A stretch of 63,190 nt of DNA, the filler included. It is 10 parts of 10 records of this genome, joined end to end, with 100 filler letters (N's around TTAATTAATTAA, not from the genome) between each part and the next. Parts side by side here need not be neighbours in the genome. Positions count along the whole stretch, not along the records: positions 23,920 to 28,517 come from SRR7504441_12070; positions 28,618 to 31,669 come from SRR7504441_12086; positions 31,770 to 45,246 come from SRR7504441_12092; 7 more parts are not named here. One strand, 5' to 3'. The position numbers were made by a program, and so were the translations under genes. A model generated the notes under the pieces. The model was not told where the DNA came from. It saw only the letters and a list, made by a program, of their open reading frames with translations, and ran no database searches. Positions 23,920-35,010 of this stretch are shown piece after piece. Each line of letters starts with the position of its first letter. The first letter of the stretch is position 1.

Positions 23920-24471
23920 GTTGGGGTGAACAATGGCGGTTGGCTGCACTATGCATGGTTTGAGATGTTGCTGCGCGACAAGCTCGATTTTGATTTCATC
24001 GCTTACCACTGGTACTCGGAGATGGGCGACTTTGACAACGCCGGCGGGCAGGACGTGTTCAGCAAGGTGGCCTCGTTCGGGAAGGATTTGTGGATCACAG
24101 AGCTCGATCGCAGGGGTGGCTCTTCCGTGCTAGAGCCGGGTGGTCCGGATAGCACGATGGACCAAGCCGAGTACCTGGACCACCAGATTGGGCTGCTGGC
24201 CCATCTGAGCGCGACAGTGCACCGCAATGTGCTAAAGGCTATTTTTGTGTATGAACTGTATGACGAGCCTCATATTGACACGTCTTGGCTCAACCGCAGT
24301 CACGCGTGTGAAGTTGATCTGACAAGGAATGGAGAGAGCTGCTATGGGCTGGTGGGGATGCAGTGGCTGCCTGGAGACCCGTGTGACCAGTATCCGAGCT
24401 GCCGGTTTGAGGTGACCGGCCGCAAGCCTGCATTCGATGTGGTCAAGAGCTGGGCACATAGGCTCGCATAG
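23920..24471 (+). CDS. C-terminal fragment of a clan GH-A glycoside hydrolase
   Basis: DFDFIAYHWY, GKDLWITEL (nucleophile Glu), IFVYELYDEP, YGLV. Confidence 0.75.
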   Translation, partial: VGVNNGGWLHYAWFEMLLRDKLDFDFIAYHWYSEMGDFDNAGGQDVFSKVASFGKDLWITELDRRGGSSVLEPGGPDSTMDQAEYLDHQIGLLAHLSATVHRNVLKAIFVYELYDEPHIDTSWLNRSHACEVDLTRNGESCYGLVGMQWLPGDPCDQYPSCRFEVTGRKPAFDVVKSWAHRLA

Positions 24472-24594
24472 CCGACGGAGTGATCCAAGAGAGAAAATAC
24501 CAATACAAGTACAATATTTGCCCCGCCGATGAATCAAGATCTATGTATGTTAATTTAATTAATCTATATTGTAAATATAACAGTTCAACCCACA

Positions 24595-25638
24595 TCATGC
24601 TACTGAGTTGTAGAGCATTCCCTCTCGCAGCATCACGGCTATTGGACTCACACTGCCCGCAGCCACATCGCCCGCGAATATCTTGGACAACGCCACCGCG
24701 GCCGTCGATTGGTTCCTCTCACTCCCACTCTGGAGCATTTGCATCAACGGCGAGGTCGCCCCGGCCGCCACCACCTCGTCCCTGCACTCATCGCCCTCGC
24801 ACACCTTGGACAGCGCCACGGCCGCATTCGCACGCACCGCCTCTTGCTCACCCTCCCCTAGAAGCTCCACCAGCCTTTCAATAGCGCCAGACCCGGCCAC
24901 GAGCGCCCTGTGCTCAGGCCGGTTGGTGAGCCTGCCGAGCAGACAGGCCGCGTTGCACTTGCTGGTCGAGTCTCCGTGCCACATGAGCCCTATCAGCGCA
25001 TGCATCACCTCGGGGCTCATAACGTCCACCTTACAACTGCACAGCCGAGACAGCGCAGCAGCCGCGTTCGACTGTGCCGGCTCGCCATCGTGGCAGAGCA
25101 GCCGGGCCAGCCTGGGGACCACCCCGGTGGACACCACCGCCGCCTTGTTCTCCTGAGAACAACATAGCGTGCAGAGCGCCTCCGCCGCGTTCGCTCTGAG
25201 TAGCTCCGAGTCGCCATCAGCCAGCAATCTGGAGAGCTTCTGGGCCTCTACCGTCACTTCGAAGAACCCGCTGCATCCCGGATCGCCCGCGTCGTCCTCC
25301 GAATCCAGCTCCAACGCAGCCTCGCTCGTATTGGTGCTCGATGGGGACAGCTTGACCGAAGGGGTCTCGTCTACCGTCCACAGCCCGGTCTCAGGATCGA
25401 AACCAACATCGAGCGAGCCCTCCTGCTCGAGCTCCTCCGAATCCACCTCCACCGCCCGCACCACCTCCCGTCGGGCGGCCACCCGCTCCGACAGCCGGCG
25501 GCGGGCCGGCTTTGGAGCCGGGGCCGCCGGCTCGGCTTGGTGAGGCGCGGGTGGAGCCCGCCTGGATCCGCGGGCATATTCGAGGGCTTGGTGAAACGAA
25601 GCGGACGAGTGGTCAAAGTGGTGCGGATACCGGATCAT
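24595..25638 (-). CDS. Armadillo-repeat protein
   Basis: Five NAA-x-AL / G-x-x-x-L-x-x-LL ARM repeats in the C-terminal half. Confidence 0.8.
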   Translation of the reverse strand: MIRYPHHFDHSSASFHQALEYARGSRRAPPAPHQAEPAAPAPKPARRRLSERVAARREVVRAVEVDSEELEQEGSLDVGFDPETGLWTVDETPSVKLSPSSTNTSEAALELDSEDDAGDPGCSGFFEVTVEAQKLSRLLADGDSELLRANAAEALCTLCCSQENKAAVVSTGVVPRLARLLCHDGEPAQSNAAAALSRLCSCKVDVMSPEVMHALIGLMWHGDSTSKCNAACLLGRLTNRPEHRALVAGSGAIERLVELLGEGEQEAVRANAAVALSKVCEGDECRDEVVAAGATSPLMQMLQSGSERNQSTAAVALSKIFAGDVAAGSVSPIAVMLREGMLYNSVA

Positions 25639-25740
25639 CCCTCTGGCCGGGCCGCCCCCGCTGGCGCGGAGCTATGAGTGACCCAGCAACGGCCAGATCC
25701 CAACACCTTGATCAAGTCCCGGCGCAGGGCCAACTGTTCC

Positions 25741-27195
25741 ATGGAGCATGCAGCAGGCTGGCTGTGGCTGCTGCTCGCCTGGGCCGGAACGGCGTGCAGC
25801 GCGTACGGGGAGGGCCTTTTCCCGCTGCATGCCCGGCCTAAGGTCTGCTCCTCCTCAGGCGGCCAGCTGCGCTTACTGCCCGGGCTCGACTGTGAGCGGC
25901 AGACAAGTCGAGTTCTGCCAGTCCGACTCACCGGACTCCAGTTCGAGGGCAACGCCAGCTGCGTCACGGCCACGGTCCGGCACGAGGCCAATCCGGGCGC
26001 CTGGTGGTACATGACACCCCCCGTCGCCGCCGCCGACCAGGTCACCCGCCACTGTGTCGCCCGAGCCGGCCCCGAGTTCCGGCTCGACTTTGCGCTGCCG
26101 GTCACGCCCGGGTTTGCGGCGATTGAGCTGCGGCTGGAGCAGCCGCGGCAGTCGGTGCATCCGCTGGTGCCACCGGTGCACGCGCTGGTCTGGAGGAGCG
26201 AACAGCCGTGGGAGGAGGCCCGCAGCCAGCTGGATCGGAGCATCAGGGCGGTGCGGGCCTCGGAGGCTCCGGAGCGGGCAGCGCAGCTCCGGCAGATCGA
26301 GTCGAACCGGGCGCTCTTCGGCGGCAGCCAGTTCCGGCTGGCGGAGCTGATCGACCCTCGGCTGAATGAGGCTCTGAAAGAAGGCTCAGTGCGGGCGTTG
26401 TGGGGGGTGCTGCGCGGAGCAGATCACAGCAGCCGATGCGACCTGCCGGGCCCGTTGCCGCCCGCCTGCACCGCGGGCGCCTTCACGCTGCCGGTGCTTT
26501 CGCCGGCGGGGGCCGAGAGACTAGCCGCGGTGATCAATGCAGCGAGGCACTCACCGCTCGCCGCCGGGCTTTCGGTCCCCAATAACGACGCCGGCAGCGG
26601 CAGGACCGAGGGCAGTGGGGTACTGCTGGACGAGATCGGGCTATCCGATCTATCGGGGGCAATCGCGTCGGAAGTGCTCGGGCCAGTGGCTCGGTTGGTG
26701 TTCCCTGAGTGGGGCAGTTGGTCTATTGACTCCTACCATGCCTTCTCGCTGCACGTAACGGCCGGCCGCGACCGATGGGTGTTCAACCGGACGGCCGACG
26801 GCGGGCAGGAGCGGCCGCATGAGGACGTGGTGCACCGAGGGCAAGGCGACCGGCTGCCGATGCACATCGACGTCTGCGAGGTGTCTATCAATATCTGCCT
26901 GGGCGACGAGGGTTTCCGAGGCTCCGAGCTGCGGCTGTCCAGCCGTGTTGGCGCGATGGCGTCGCCGGAGGGCGCTGGGCCTGCCACAGTGATTGAGCAC
27001 GTGCCGGGCCGGGCGTTTGTCAACCTTTGCCAACAGTTTCACGGGACCGGCCCACTGATCAGCGGCCGGCGACATGGGCTGGTCGTGCGCGGGATGAGCT
27101 CACGGTTTCGTCGCTCGCCGGCTGAGCTGTTTCACGACAAGTGCATGAAACCCAAGGGTAGGGATTCGAACACGCCACCATGGAGTACAGGTTGA
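25741..27195 (+). CDS. Secreted 2OG-Fe(II) dioxygenase (OGFOD2/PLOD-like C-terminal domain)
   Basis: Signal peptide; LPMHIDVCEVSINICLG (HxD), HVPGRAF, FHG..LISGRRHGLV. Confidence 0.75.
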   Translation: MEHAAGWLWLLLAWAGTACSAYGEGLFPLHARPKVCSSSGGQLRLLPGLDCERQTSRVLPVRLTGLQFEGNASCVTATVRHEANPGAWWYMTPPVAAADQVTRHCVARAGPEFRLDFALPVTPGFAAIELRLEQPRQSVHPLVPPVHALVWRSEQPWEEARSQLDRSIRAVRASEAPERAAQLRQIESNRALFGGSQFRLAELIDPRLNEALKEGSVRALWGVLRGADHSSRCDLPGPLPPACTAGAFTLPVLSPAGAERLAAVINAARHSPLAAGLSVPNNDAGSGRTEGSGVLLDEIGLSDLSGAIASEVLGPVARLVFPEWGSWSIDSYHAFSLHVTAGRDRWVFNRTADGGQERPHEDVVHRGQGDRLPMHIDVCEVSINICLGDEGFRGSELRLSSRVGAMASPEGAGPATVIEHVPGRAFVNLCQQFHGTGPLISGRRHGLVVRGMSSRFRRSPAELFHDKCMKPKGRDSNTPPWSTG

Positions 27196-27418
27196 TTTGG
27201 CACAGCGCATTTAATTAATATTTTTCGTTGCTTATATCTTTTTTAATTGATGCTTAGGGACTGTTTTACGCCCTTGGAAATTGCTTGAGTATTGAAGGAG
27301 GATCGTCCGCGCTGGCCGCGCACGCCTCGACGTCTGCTCATGACGTAGATTTACGTGGATCGCTGTGTGCATGGATCTCAGCTTTTTTTTTTGCTCATTT
27401 TTACAAGTTTGAGCAGTC

Positions 27419-28517
27419 ATGTCGGCGGTCCAGCAAGTGCAGTGTCGGCGCCGCCGGGTGACAGGCCTTGGCTGCCTGGCTGGTGCTCACCGGCCGGAGG
27501 CAGTACCTCAAGGCCATCGTCGAGCGTGGGGTGCACGAGCGGCTTTCCATCAGCGGGCGGGCGCAGGAGCCCCCGGAGTCGCCCGAGTCGAAGCGCAGCC
27601 ACGCTGTGCTCCGTCCGGCCAGTCACAACTCGCGCAGCTGCTTGTCGAGCCCAAAGCTCTTCACCCCTGAGGAAGCCTCACACCCGCCGCCGGCCCGCCA
27701 CCTGCGCGCGTTGCGAACACTGGGCCGGGTGGTGAGACGGTCCGCGCTGGCGGCTGGCCGGGAGGTCGACCCGGGGGGCAGGGGAACTGAGCGGGCTGCC
27801 TGGAAGGCGGTGGAGCGGTGGCGGCTCAACGGGGCCGGGGCGGCGCTCAGCCAGTGTGTGCGCGTGTGGGAGCGAAGTGCGCAGGCCCGGGAAGAGCAGC
27901 TGCTCCAGCAGCTGAGCAAGGCGAACCAGCGGGCGGTGCGCGGCCAGGGGTGGAGCGGGGGGAGGAGCCCGGGGCAGGATCAATGCGGGGCGCAGCTGAG
28001 TGAGGTGGAGGCCAAGCTGCGCCGGCACAGGGTCAAGGCCCAGCTCGAGCAGAAGCAGCATGCAGATCACGTGGAGCAACTCAAGATGATGAACTCGCTC
28101 CTAGAGCTGCGGCTGCAGGCCGACAGGGTCACTGCCCCCCCTGAGACACACCCAGCAGATCAGGCGCCCGCTGCGGCGCTGCTCAGCGCGTGCATCGCAC
28201 CGCAGCCTGTGGAAATGCTAGAGGCGGTCGCTGTGTTGAGATGGGCGCGCCGAGCGCTAGCTGGGCGGCTAGTCCGGCTGGATGCAGCTCAGATCGCCGA
28301 GCTCACGCTGCTGAAGGACCAGATGAAAGCGGCCTCGGCTCTGCGTGCAGAGGTGCAGCCGGCAGGCCGAAGTTTGGTCTGATATGATCGCAGGAGCTTC
28401 TGGCCGCCTCACAGGAGCGCTGTTTTGCTTATCGCCAGCTGTGCGTGGCTGCCGTATTCCACGGGCTGTGCGATAGCCGCCGGGTGCTTTCAGGCCACCA
28501 GATGGCGGGGCTGGTCA
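27419..28517 (+). CDS. Hypothetical coiled-coil protein with introns, 3' truncated
   Basis: Long ORF 27468-28382 with helical E/Q/K/L-rich segments and GT..CAG mini-introns. Confidence 0.45.
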
Positions 28518-28719
28518 NNNNNNNNNNNNNNNNNNNNNNNNNNNNNNNNNNNNNNNNNNNNTTAATTAATTAANNNNNNNNNNNNNNNNNNNNNNNNNNN
28601 NNNNNNNNNNNNNNNNNGCCTAGGCTCGACTTCACGAATAAATGTAGCTACTGTTTACAAAAAGGTTAACTGATTGCTCACAGAATTGTTGCTACGAGTA
28701 CGTAGTTTGGTTGATCCGG

Positions 28720-30330
28720 TCAACCGGACGATTTCTTGAACCTCTTGAGCGCCTTGAGCACCTTCTTATCCCCGGCCTGCTCGCTCTCGCGCTCCTCGCG
28801 CGCCTTCCGCTTCTTGTCCATCGCCTCCCTGATCATCTCCCGCTTGGCATCCACCACGTTGTGCTGCTTGTTCAGAAACCGACGCATCGCCGTGCTCCTA
28901 CCGCGCTGCCGCCGGCGGGCCTTGCGCTCGAGCTTGCCGGCCTCGAGCGCCGCCTTTCGCTCCTGATACTCGGCCTCCAGGATCTGTTTAGAGGCCCGGT
29001 CTACAGTGCCCACCTTCTCCGGATCGAGCTGAATCAGCTCGGGGGCTATCTTCTCGAGCAGCTGGTGCACCTCGCCCTCCCGACGCTGCTTTGAGGTCTC
29101 AAACGGATTGGCCTCGAACGTGTCGAAGTTCGGCTCGCCCGCTCCCGGGATGATCAGACTGCTCCAGCCCTGCTCGTGACCCACCCCTAGCACGTCGTCG
29201 AACGGGCAGAAGTGCATGTCGCGCACCACCGGCCCAGACAGCTCGTGCCGCATGTACGGCGCCCGCTGCTTCCGGTTGAGCGCCTCCTTCCACACCTCCA
29301 CGTGCGAGCCGAACCCCAGCCCGAGCAGCCCACGCTGTGATATGTCCACAGAAGCGACCGGCAGCTTTGTCTTGTACGAGTGCACGATTTTGAACTTGCG
29401 GACGTCCCAGATGTGCGTCTGAGCGTCCAGGCCGCAGCTGGCCATGTACCGGCCTGACAGGTCAAAGCTGAGCCCGGAGACTGGCCCGCGGTGGCATAGC
29501 ATTTTGACTACTGGCGTGTTGAGGTTTGGGGTCCACATGGAGCATGTGCCGTTCTGATGCCCAAGCGCGACCACGGCGTTGTACGGGTTCTGGCCCATGG
29601 TGTCGCACCCGCCCAGCCTGGTCCGGTGCTCGGCGATCATTTTGCCAGTGGAGGTATCCTGGTACTTTAGGTAACCGCCGTTGCCCACTGTGGCTAGCAG
29701 GAAATGGTAAGGCAGGAACTCTAACCGGGTGACGTCAATGTGGTTGCGCAGGCAGTGCAGCTCCATCCCGGTGCTGTCGTAGATATACGTGTACTTCTTC
29801 TGGGCCACCGCGAACATTTGCTCGTTGTGGAGGAATTTAACATCCCGCACCGTCTCCTTGGCCTGGAATTCTGCCTTGATCAGCCCCTTGCCCCACTCCA
29901 CCAGCGCCACGTGGCCCTTCCGCCCGCCCAGCAGCAGCGACCGCCCGTTCCGCGAGTAGTCGAAAGTGTACGGCCCGAAGTCCGTCAGCCGGAGCTCGAA
30001 GGCCTTGCGGGCCGCCTCCACCACCACCGCGTTCTTGATGTCCTTCTGCTTGAACCGCTGGGTCTGCTCCATCCCCTCGGCCTCCAGGTACCCGGCCTGC
30101 TCCGGCAGCAGCATCTCCGCCATCCCCGCCGTGGTCGCGGCCGTCTCGGCCATCTTCTCTGCCCGGGCCAGCTTGGCCTTCAGCTTCTTGTCCCCCACTG
30201 CCCGGAGCTTGTTCTCCGGCCCGCGACGGTACTTGCGGGCCCGCGGGTCAGCAGCCGCATCCGGCTGGCTGCCCGGGCTCTTGCCACCCCCGCGGCTCTT
30301 GCCTCCCGTGCCAGAAGACGGCTTGCCCAT
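28720..30330 (-). CDS. WDR46: WD-repeat protein 46 / Utp7 (SSU processome component)
   Basis: YSRNGRSLLLGGRKGHVA, FAVAQKKYTYIYD, EFLPYHFLL, IPGAGEPNFD..EANPFET (BING4CT domain). Start MGKPSS at 30330. Confidence 0.95.
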   Translation of the reverse strand: MGKPSSGTGGKSRGGGKSPGSQPDAAADPRARKYRRGPENKLRAVGDKKLKAKLARAEKMAETAATTAGMAEMLLPEQAGYLEAEGMEQTQRFKQKDIKNAVVVEAARKAFELRLTDFGPYTFDYSRNGRSLLLGGRKGHVALVEWGKGLIKAEFQAKETVRDVKFLHNEQMFAVAQKKYTYIYDSTGMELHCLRNHIDVTRLEFLPYHFLLATVGNGGYLKYQDTSTGKMIAEHRTRLGGCDTMGQNPYNAVVALGHQNGTCSMWTPNLNTPVVKMLCHRGPVSGLSFDLSGRYMASCGLDAQTHIWDVRKFKIVHSYKTKLPVASVDISQRGLLGLGFGSHVEVWKEALNRKQRAPYMRHELSGPVVRDMHFCPFDDVLGVGHEQGWSSLIIPGAGEPNFDTFEANPFETSKQRREGEVHQLLEKIAPELIQLDPEKVGTVDRASKQILEAEYQERKAALEAGKLERKARRRQRGRSTAMRRFLNKQHNVVDAKREMIREAMDKKRKAREERESEQAGDKKVLKALKRFKKSSG

Positions 30331-30394
30331 CTCCGAGCTTCTTTGCGGTCGAGGCCGCGCGGTGCCGTTGCTGAGGTCGCCCGCACCGGTGCTG

Positions 30395-30939
30395 ATGTGG
30401 CGCCGGCTGGTGGGCTGCGGGCTGCAGGCCGGCGGGCGGCTGGGCCCTGCGCGGGCAGCACCGTGCGCGTCAGCGGCGCAGGCGGGCTGGGTGACGGTCC
30501 GGTTCGTGGAGCAGGACGGGACCGAGTTGGTGTGCCGGGGGAGCGCGGGGACCGATCTGCTCCAGCTGGCCTGGGACAACCAGGTGGAGCTCGAGGGAGC
30601 CTGCGAGAAAACCGTCTCCTGCTGCACCTGCCACGTGTACATCCAGCCCGAGTTCGCCGGTCAGGTGCCCGGCCGGCCTGGGCTGGCGGGAGGGCCGGCC
30701 AGCTGCCGGAGCCGGACGAAGACGAGTTGGACATGCTCGAGCTGGCCGACAACCTGGAGCCCACGTGCGCGGGAGCGGGGGGGTGGGCGAGTCGGGGGGG
30801 CAGCTCGCGGCTGGGCTGCCAGGTGCTGCTGGAGCCTGGGCTGGACGGGATGACAGTCACCGTCCCCAAGGAGGTGTGCCTACCCGGCTATACAGCTGTA
30901 GCTCCAGATAGGCGCTGAGACCCGGGGCAGGACTGGTGA
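30395..30939 (+). CDS. Mitochondrial adrenodoxin-type [2Fe-2S] ferredoxin; 2-3 introns
   Basis: Arg-rich presequence; LEGACEKTVSCCTCHVYI|LPEPDEDELDML..PT|SRLGCQV. The last exon is uncertain. Confidence 0.9.
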
Positions 30940-31287
30940 CAGCGGCCAATGTAGCTCTAATGATAAAACTTAGAATACTTAATCATACGCGTACGGACGA
31001 AACTAATCTCGACATGCGTGTTGGTGCAAGTTTCAATCATAACATTTGTTCCGGATTGTACAGGATGCTCTCCGGGGTCGAAGGTGAGCCTATCCACTAA
31101 AGTGCACAAATATGGGCAGGGAGGAATCATGGTCTGAATTCTTAGAGAACGAGTACATTCATCGGGCTTGTATTAGGTTCTCAGCTAGCTTTGTCATGGA
31201 TTAAATCACTTCGGTACTCGTTTAGTTCAATGATGCTCGTTGATCGGATTTAAATCGAATTACACCATGTTCGTGATCTAGGTCTAC

Positions 31288-31669
31288 TTATTTCGGGCCG
31301 CGTTTCAGTAGCGTCCGCAAGCCCGCTAGCACCATATTCTCCGATGTTGGAGACATGCTTCCGAGCTCGGTTATAATCCTGTCGGTTGCGACGTTGGTTT
31401 CGTTGCGAGGATCCAAAGGCCTTGCGACTTCAGGTGTCTGGTGATCACGTGTAGTGCCGCTGCGCCTCCACACGGTCTGCCACTCTTGAACCACGAAACG
31501 CAGCCCAGCATGACCATCGAGCATCTCAAGGTCTGCTAGCAACTCAGCATTGTTGCACCAGGGCTTGCAATCTCTTGATGTCTGCATTACCAATAAGGTG
31601 AGTCTCAAGCGATTATCATCCAGCCACTTTGAGTCCAAGATGCGCATACTCACGCACAAACAAGAGCCC
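31288..31669 (-). CDS. Possible 3' fragment of a hypothetical protein
   Basis: Open frame up to the contig edge; no recognisable motif. Confidence 0.3.
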
Positions 31670-31769
31670 NNNNNNNNNNNNNNNNNNNNNNNNNNNNNNN
31701 NNNNNNNNNNNNNTTAATTAATTAANNNNNNNNNNNNNNNNNNNNNNNNNNNNNNNNNNNNNNNNNNNN

Positions 31770-32981
31770 CCCCCCCCCCCCCCCCTCAGGGCAGCCCCCA
31801 CCCGGCCGCAGGCGATGCGGGAGGCGTTCCGTTACACTGACGCCGTCCCGACGGACGACGCGGGCCCTCGCAACCTGGCGGCGCTGCTGGAGGCGTTCGT
31901 GGGAGGGCAGGCGGCCGACGAGGCGGTGGAGATGGGGCTGGCCCGGGTGCCGTCCAGCGTCAATCTGGTGGTGCACGCCGCCGTGCTGAAGATGCGCAGA
32001 GGCGAGCTGCTGCCAGCGGCCGAGCAGCTGACCGCGGCGACGGTTATGGAACCGAATCACCCTGAAGCCCATCGCAACCTGGGGACTGTCTTCCACCTGC
32101 TATCTCTCAATAAACGGGCCAAGGTGGCGCTGGAGCGGGCGATTGAGCTGGACCCGACCGACTACAGTAGCTACAACAACCTCGGGGCCGCGCTGATCAC
32201 ATCCATGAAGCCAGCTGCGGCTGCCGATGCGTTCCGAGCTGTGCTCGAGCTGCAACCAGGTCACGTGATGGCCGCTTACAACATGGACCACGCCAACAGG
32301 CAGTTCTGCCAGTGGCGGGGGCGGCAGCAGCTCTCCAAGGTGCTGCTCAGGTACACCGAGGTCCAGATGCGAAAAGGGCAGCCCCTCACGTTAGGAGCCT
32401 ACCCAGCACTCACCTACAGGCTTTCACCCGAGTTCCACAGTAGTGCATACAAGCTTCTAGAACCAGGAGAGGTAGAGTGCGACACGGCAGGGGACAAAGT
32501 TGCGCTTGTTGTGTACAATCAGCCCTACAAGGTGGCTCCAGAAATATTCAGTGTGTGGATTGGAGCTGTTGTCCGTCTCCAAGGGGAGGCGCAATTGCAG
32601 CTTGTTCAGTGGCCTGAGGAGGTGCGTGAGCCACTCGTCGCTGAGGCTGCCGCCCGGGGTGCGGGTAGCGATTTCAACCTTGTGCCTCGGCTCGACCGTG
32701 ACAAGCATTTGCAGAGAGCGTATTGTGCTGATGTATTATTAGACACTCCTGTGTTGAATGGGGGCACTACTGTGATGGACGCTCTCGCCGGGGGACTCCC
32801 AGTGCTGTGCTTGCAGGAGGCGAGGATGGCATCACGGGTTGCAGCGGGTTTACTTGCTGCAGTTCATGGGTTCAGTACCAATACTGCTGGTAATCATGCG
32901 AGTATGCTAACGATGGCATCTTTGAAACAATACGAGGATCACCTTGTTAGTCTTGCAACTGCTATACCCGCAACTAGCTAG
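31770..32981 (+). CDS. TPR + GT41 (O-GlcNAc transferase-like) protein, lacking the N-catalytic lobe; 5' truncated
   Basis: TPRs (EAHRNLG, SYNNLG); YNQPYKVAPEIFSVW, HLQRAYCADVLLDTPVLNGGTTVMDALAGGLPV, ASRVAAGLL. Confidence 0.75.
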   Translation, partial: PPPPPLRAAPTRPQAMREAFRYTDAVPTDDAGPRNLAALLEAFVGGQAADEAVEMGLARVPSSVNLVVHAAVLKMRRGELLPAAEQLTAATVMEPNHPEAHRNLGTVFHLLSLNKRAKVALERAIELDPTDYSSYNNLGAALITSMKPAAAADAFRAVLELQPGHVMAAYNMDHANRQFCQWRGRQQLSKVLLRYTEVQMRKGQPLTLGAYPALTYRLSPEFHSSAYKLLEPGEVECDTAGDKVALVVYNQPYKVAPEIFSVWIGAVVRLQGEAQLQLVQWPEEVREPLVAEAAARGAGSDFNLVPRLDRDKHLQRAYCADVLLDTPVLNGGTTVMDALAGGLPVLCLQEARMASRVAAGLLAAVHGFSTNTAGNHASMLTMASLKQYEDHLVSLATAIPATS

Positions 32982-33200
32982 CAATAAGGAGGAACGCACC
33001 CATTATGTTGGATCGGGCTTTAATGGATTTCTACATGTACAGCCCACTAAACCCCAGTTAGATACTGATTGTCTACTGATTAACCTTCTACTAACCTTCT
33101 ACGTAGATACATGACATTGTACCGGTACATGTATGTATCGATTCCGAATCAGTTATCTTTGACCATGCGTTGCAGATGGCCAGCTTTGACACATGGTACC

Positions 33201-34797
33201 TCATGGCGAGCACGTGAACGGGCCACGATCTTGCAGCTGTGCTACCAGCAAGTCGACAGAGCCAACTGCGCCGAGCGCCATAAGCACAAAGCCGTATATG
33301 TTGAAAGCATAAACCAAGACTCGTTCACCTCCCTCCGGTTGGCATAATTTCAGGTAACAAAATGCCGGAATGTTGTAGGTGATCGCGACACCCACAATCG
33401 ACCCCTGCAGGTTGACAAACGTGGAGAAGGCCGGTATCACTTCAGCTATGACGTAAGCACAAGCACAGGTGACTACAGTGACAGCAAACCATCGCAGTGT
33501 CGCACCACAGTTGTAGTCACCTACCTTCTCTGGCCATATTCTCACAAAGACGAACGAGTTGAACGCGTGCGCATTGAGCGAGTACCCTACCAGCACATGG
33601 AACAGGAGCACAATCTGTGCCACCACAGAAGCCGCTCCGGTGGTCAGATTTGTGGTGATCGGGGACTTGACGCTGTCTCCAAGGAGCGCATACCCCAAGC
33701 AGGCCACCAGCAGATAGGTGGCCGCCATGACCGCGTTGGACAGGTATATGCTCTTGCTAAAGTCCTTGGGCTGGCGCATCTCGCACATGAACTCAGGGAA
33801 GAGAACTTGCCCTGAAAAAGCGAAGGCGACACCGCCTATCAGATTGGAGAGGAACTCACCCCATCCTGAGTTCTTATCCATGCCGTCGTTGAACAGCTTG
33901 TTGTCCCCATCGGTGGACGGGTCTTTGAAGGCTTGAATGAATACAATCACCACGGGCACCACGACAGACGTGACGCCGACCACAGTAAACCAAGTGAGGT
34001 TGCCTAGATCCCTTACCTGTGCGACCGGCAGCACCACAGCGATGATCGCCAGCGAGGCCTGCCACTGGCAGAAGTCTTCGGGGCTCACATCCTTGCTCGC
34101 ATCTAGCACTGCCCATTGCAGACACTCGCCCGCAGTCAGCTGCAGGATGCAGATCGAGGAAGCTATCGATATGTTCGCTGGCCCAGCCGTCAGCCCCCCT
34201 CCCCCGGCCGCGCACCGCAGATCATCGACCACGTGCGGCCCGCGTCTCCATACGCCGCCGCCCCGATGTCCGCGAACGAGCGCGGTCGGTCCCCGGCGCC
34301 GCTGTTCGCAACCGCTCCGTAGCTCCGCCGGGCTGTGGCGGAGCTCTCGCTAGACATGGAGCCGAATAGCACGGAGCCTGTTCGGCGGCGCTCGGACCCG
34401 ATCACTTCCGAGTCCATCGCAGCGATGTAGCACCGCTTGATGAGGATCCCTACGCGCCCAGGACGTCAGCCACGGGGGGCGGCCGGCCCACACCGGAGTA
34501 GAGGGCTGCGACCCCCCCGATGATGAGCGAAAGGAGAGCCGGGACCCAACCGACGACGGCGAAGTTGTACGGCAGGCCGAGCACCCCAACCCCTAGAATC
34601 ATCCCCATCACCATGAAAGCGGCCGCCGGCCAGCCCATTGAGCCCGTTGAAGCCTCGAAGCTGGTGTACCCGTCCATGCTCTCGTCCATGCTCGAGAGCA
34701 GCACTGTCCACCGGTGAGCAGCCAGCCCGAGGCCTGCCCCCGCACCATTGCTCTTCCGACCGCCGGCCTCGCCCGCAGCTGTGGACTCGGCCGCCAT
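33201..34797 (-). CDS. Amino-acid transporter (AAAP/Aa_trans family); introns in the 5' part
   Basis: ILGVGVLGLPYNFAVVGW, SFADIGAAAYG, FAFSGQVLFPEFMCEMRQPKDF, AEVIPAF; multiple TM helices. Confidence 0.9.
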
Positions 34798-35010
34798 CCG
34801 ATCTCTCTTGCGGGGGCAGGCCGCACCGATCTCTTGAACGTTCAGTGATCAGTCGGTTGAAAAAGTTAACGGACGGCGTATTTCATCGTGTCCACCGCTC
34901 TGCACCAAAGCACAGCGCCCCGCCGGTCGGCTGTGGCTCACCAGGTGCCCCGAGTGGATCTCCAAATCAACGTAGACCCTGTGCTACTACCGCACCAGGA
35001 GTGAGTGATC

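Noticed and set aside
23762-24471. Joining the signal-peptide stub to the glycoside hydrolase fragment across the gap
   Set aside because: Other spacers join clearly unrelated genes, so contig order is not evidence of linkage.
30331-30642. N-terminal extension of WDR46 in the 640-aa ORF
   Set aside because: It is the antisense of the ferredoxin gene; the plausible start is MGKPSS at 30330.
31770-31786. Poly-C tract as a regulatory element
   Set aside because: It sits at a contig edge and most likely caused the assembly break.
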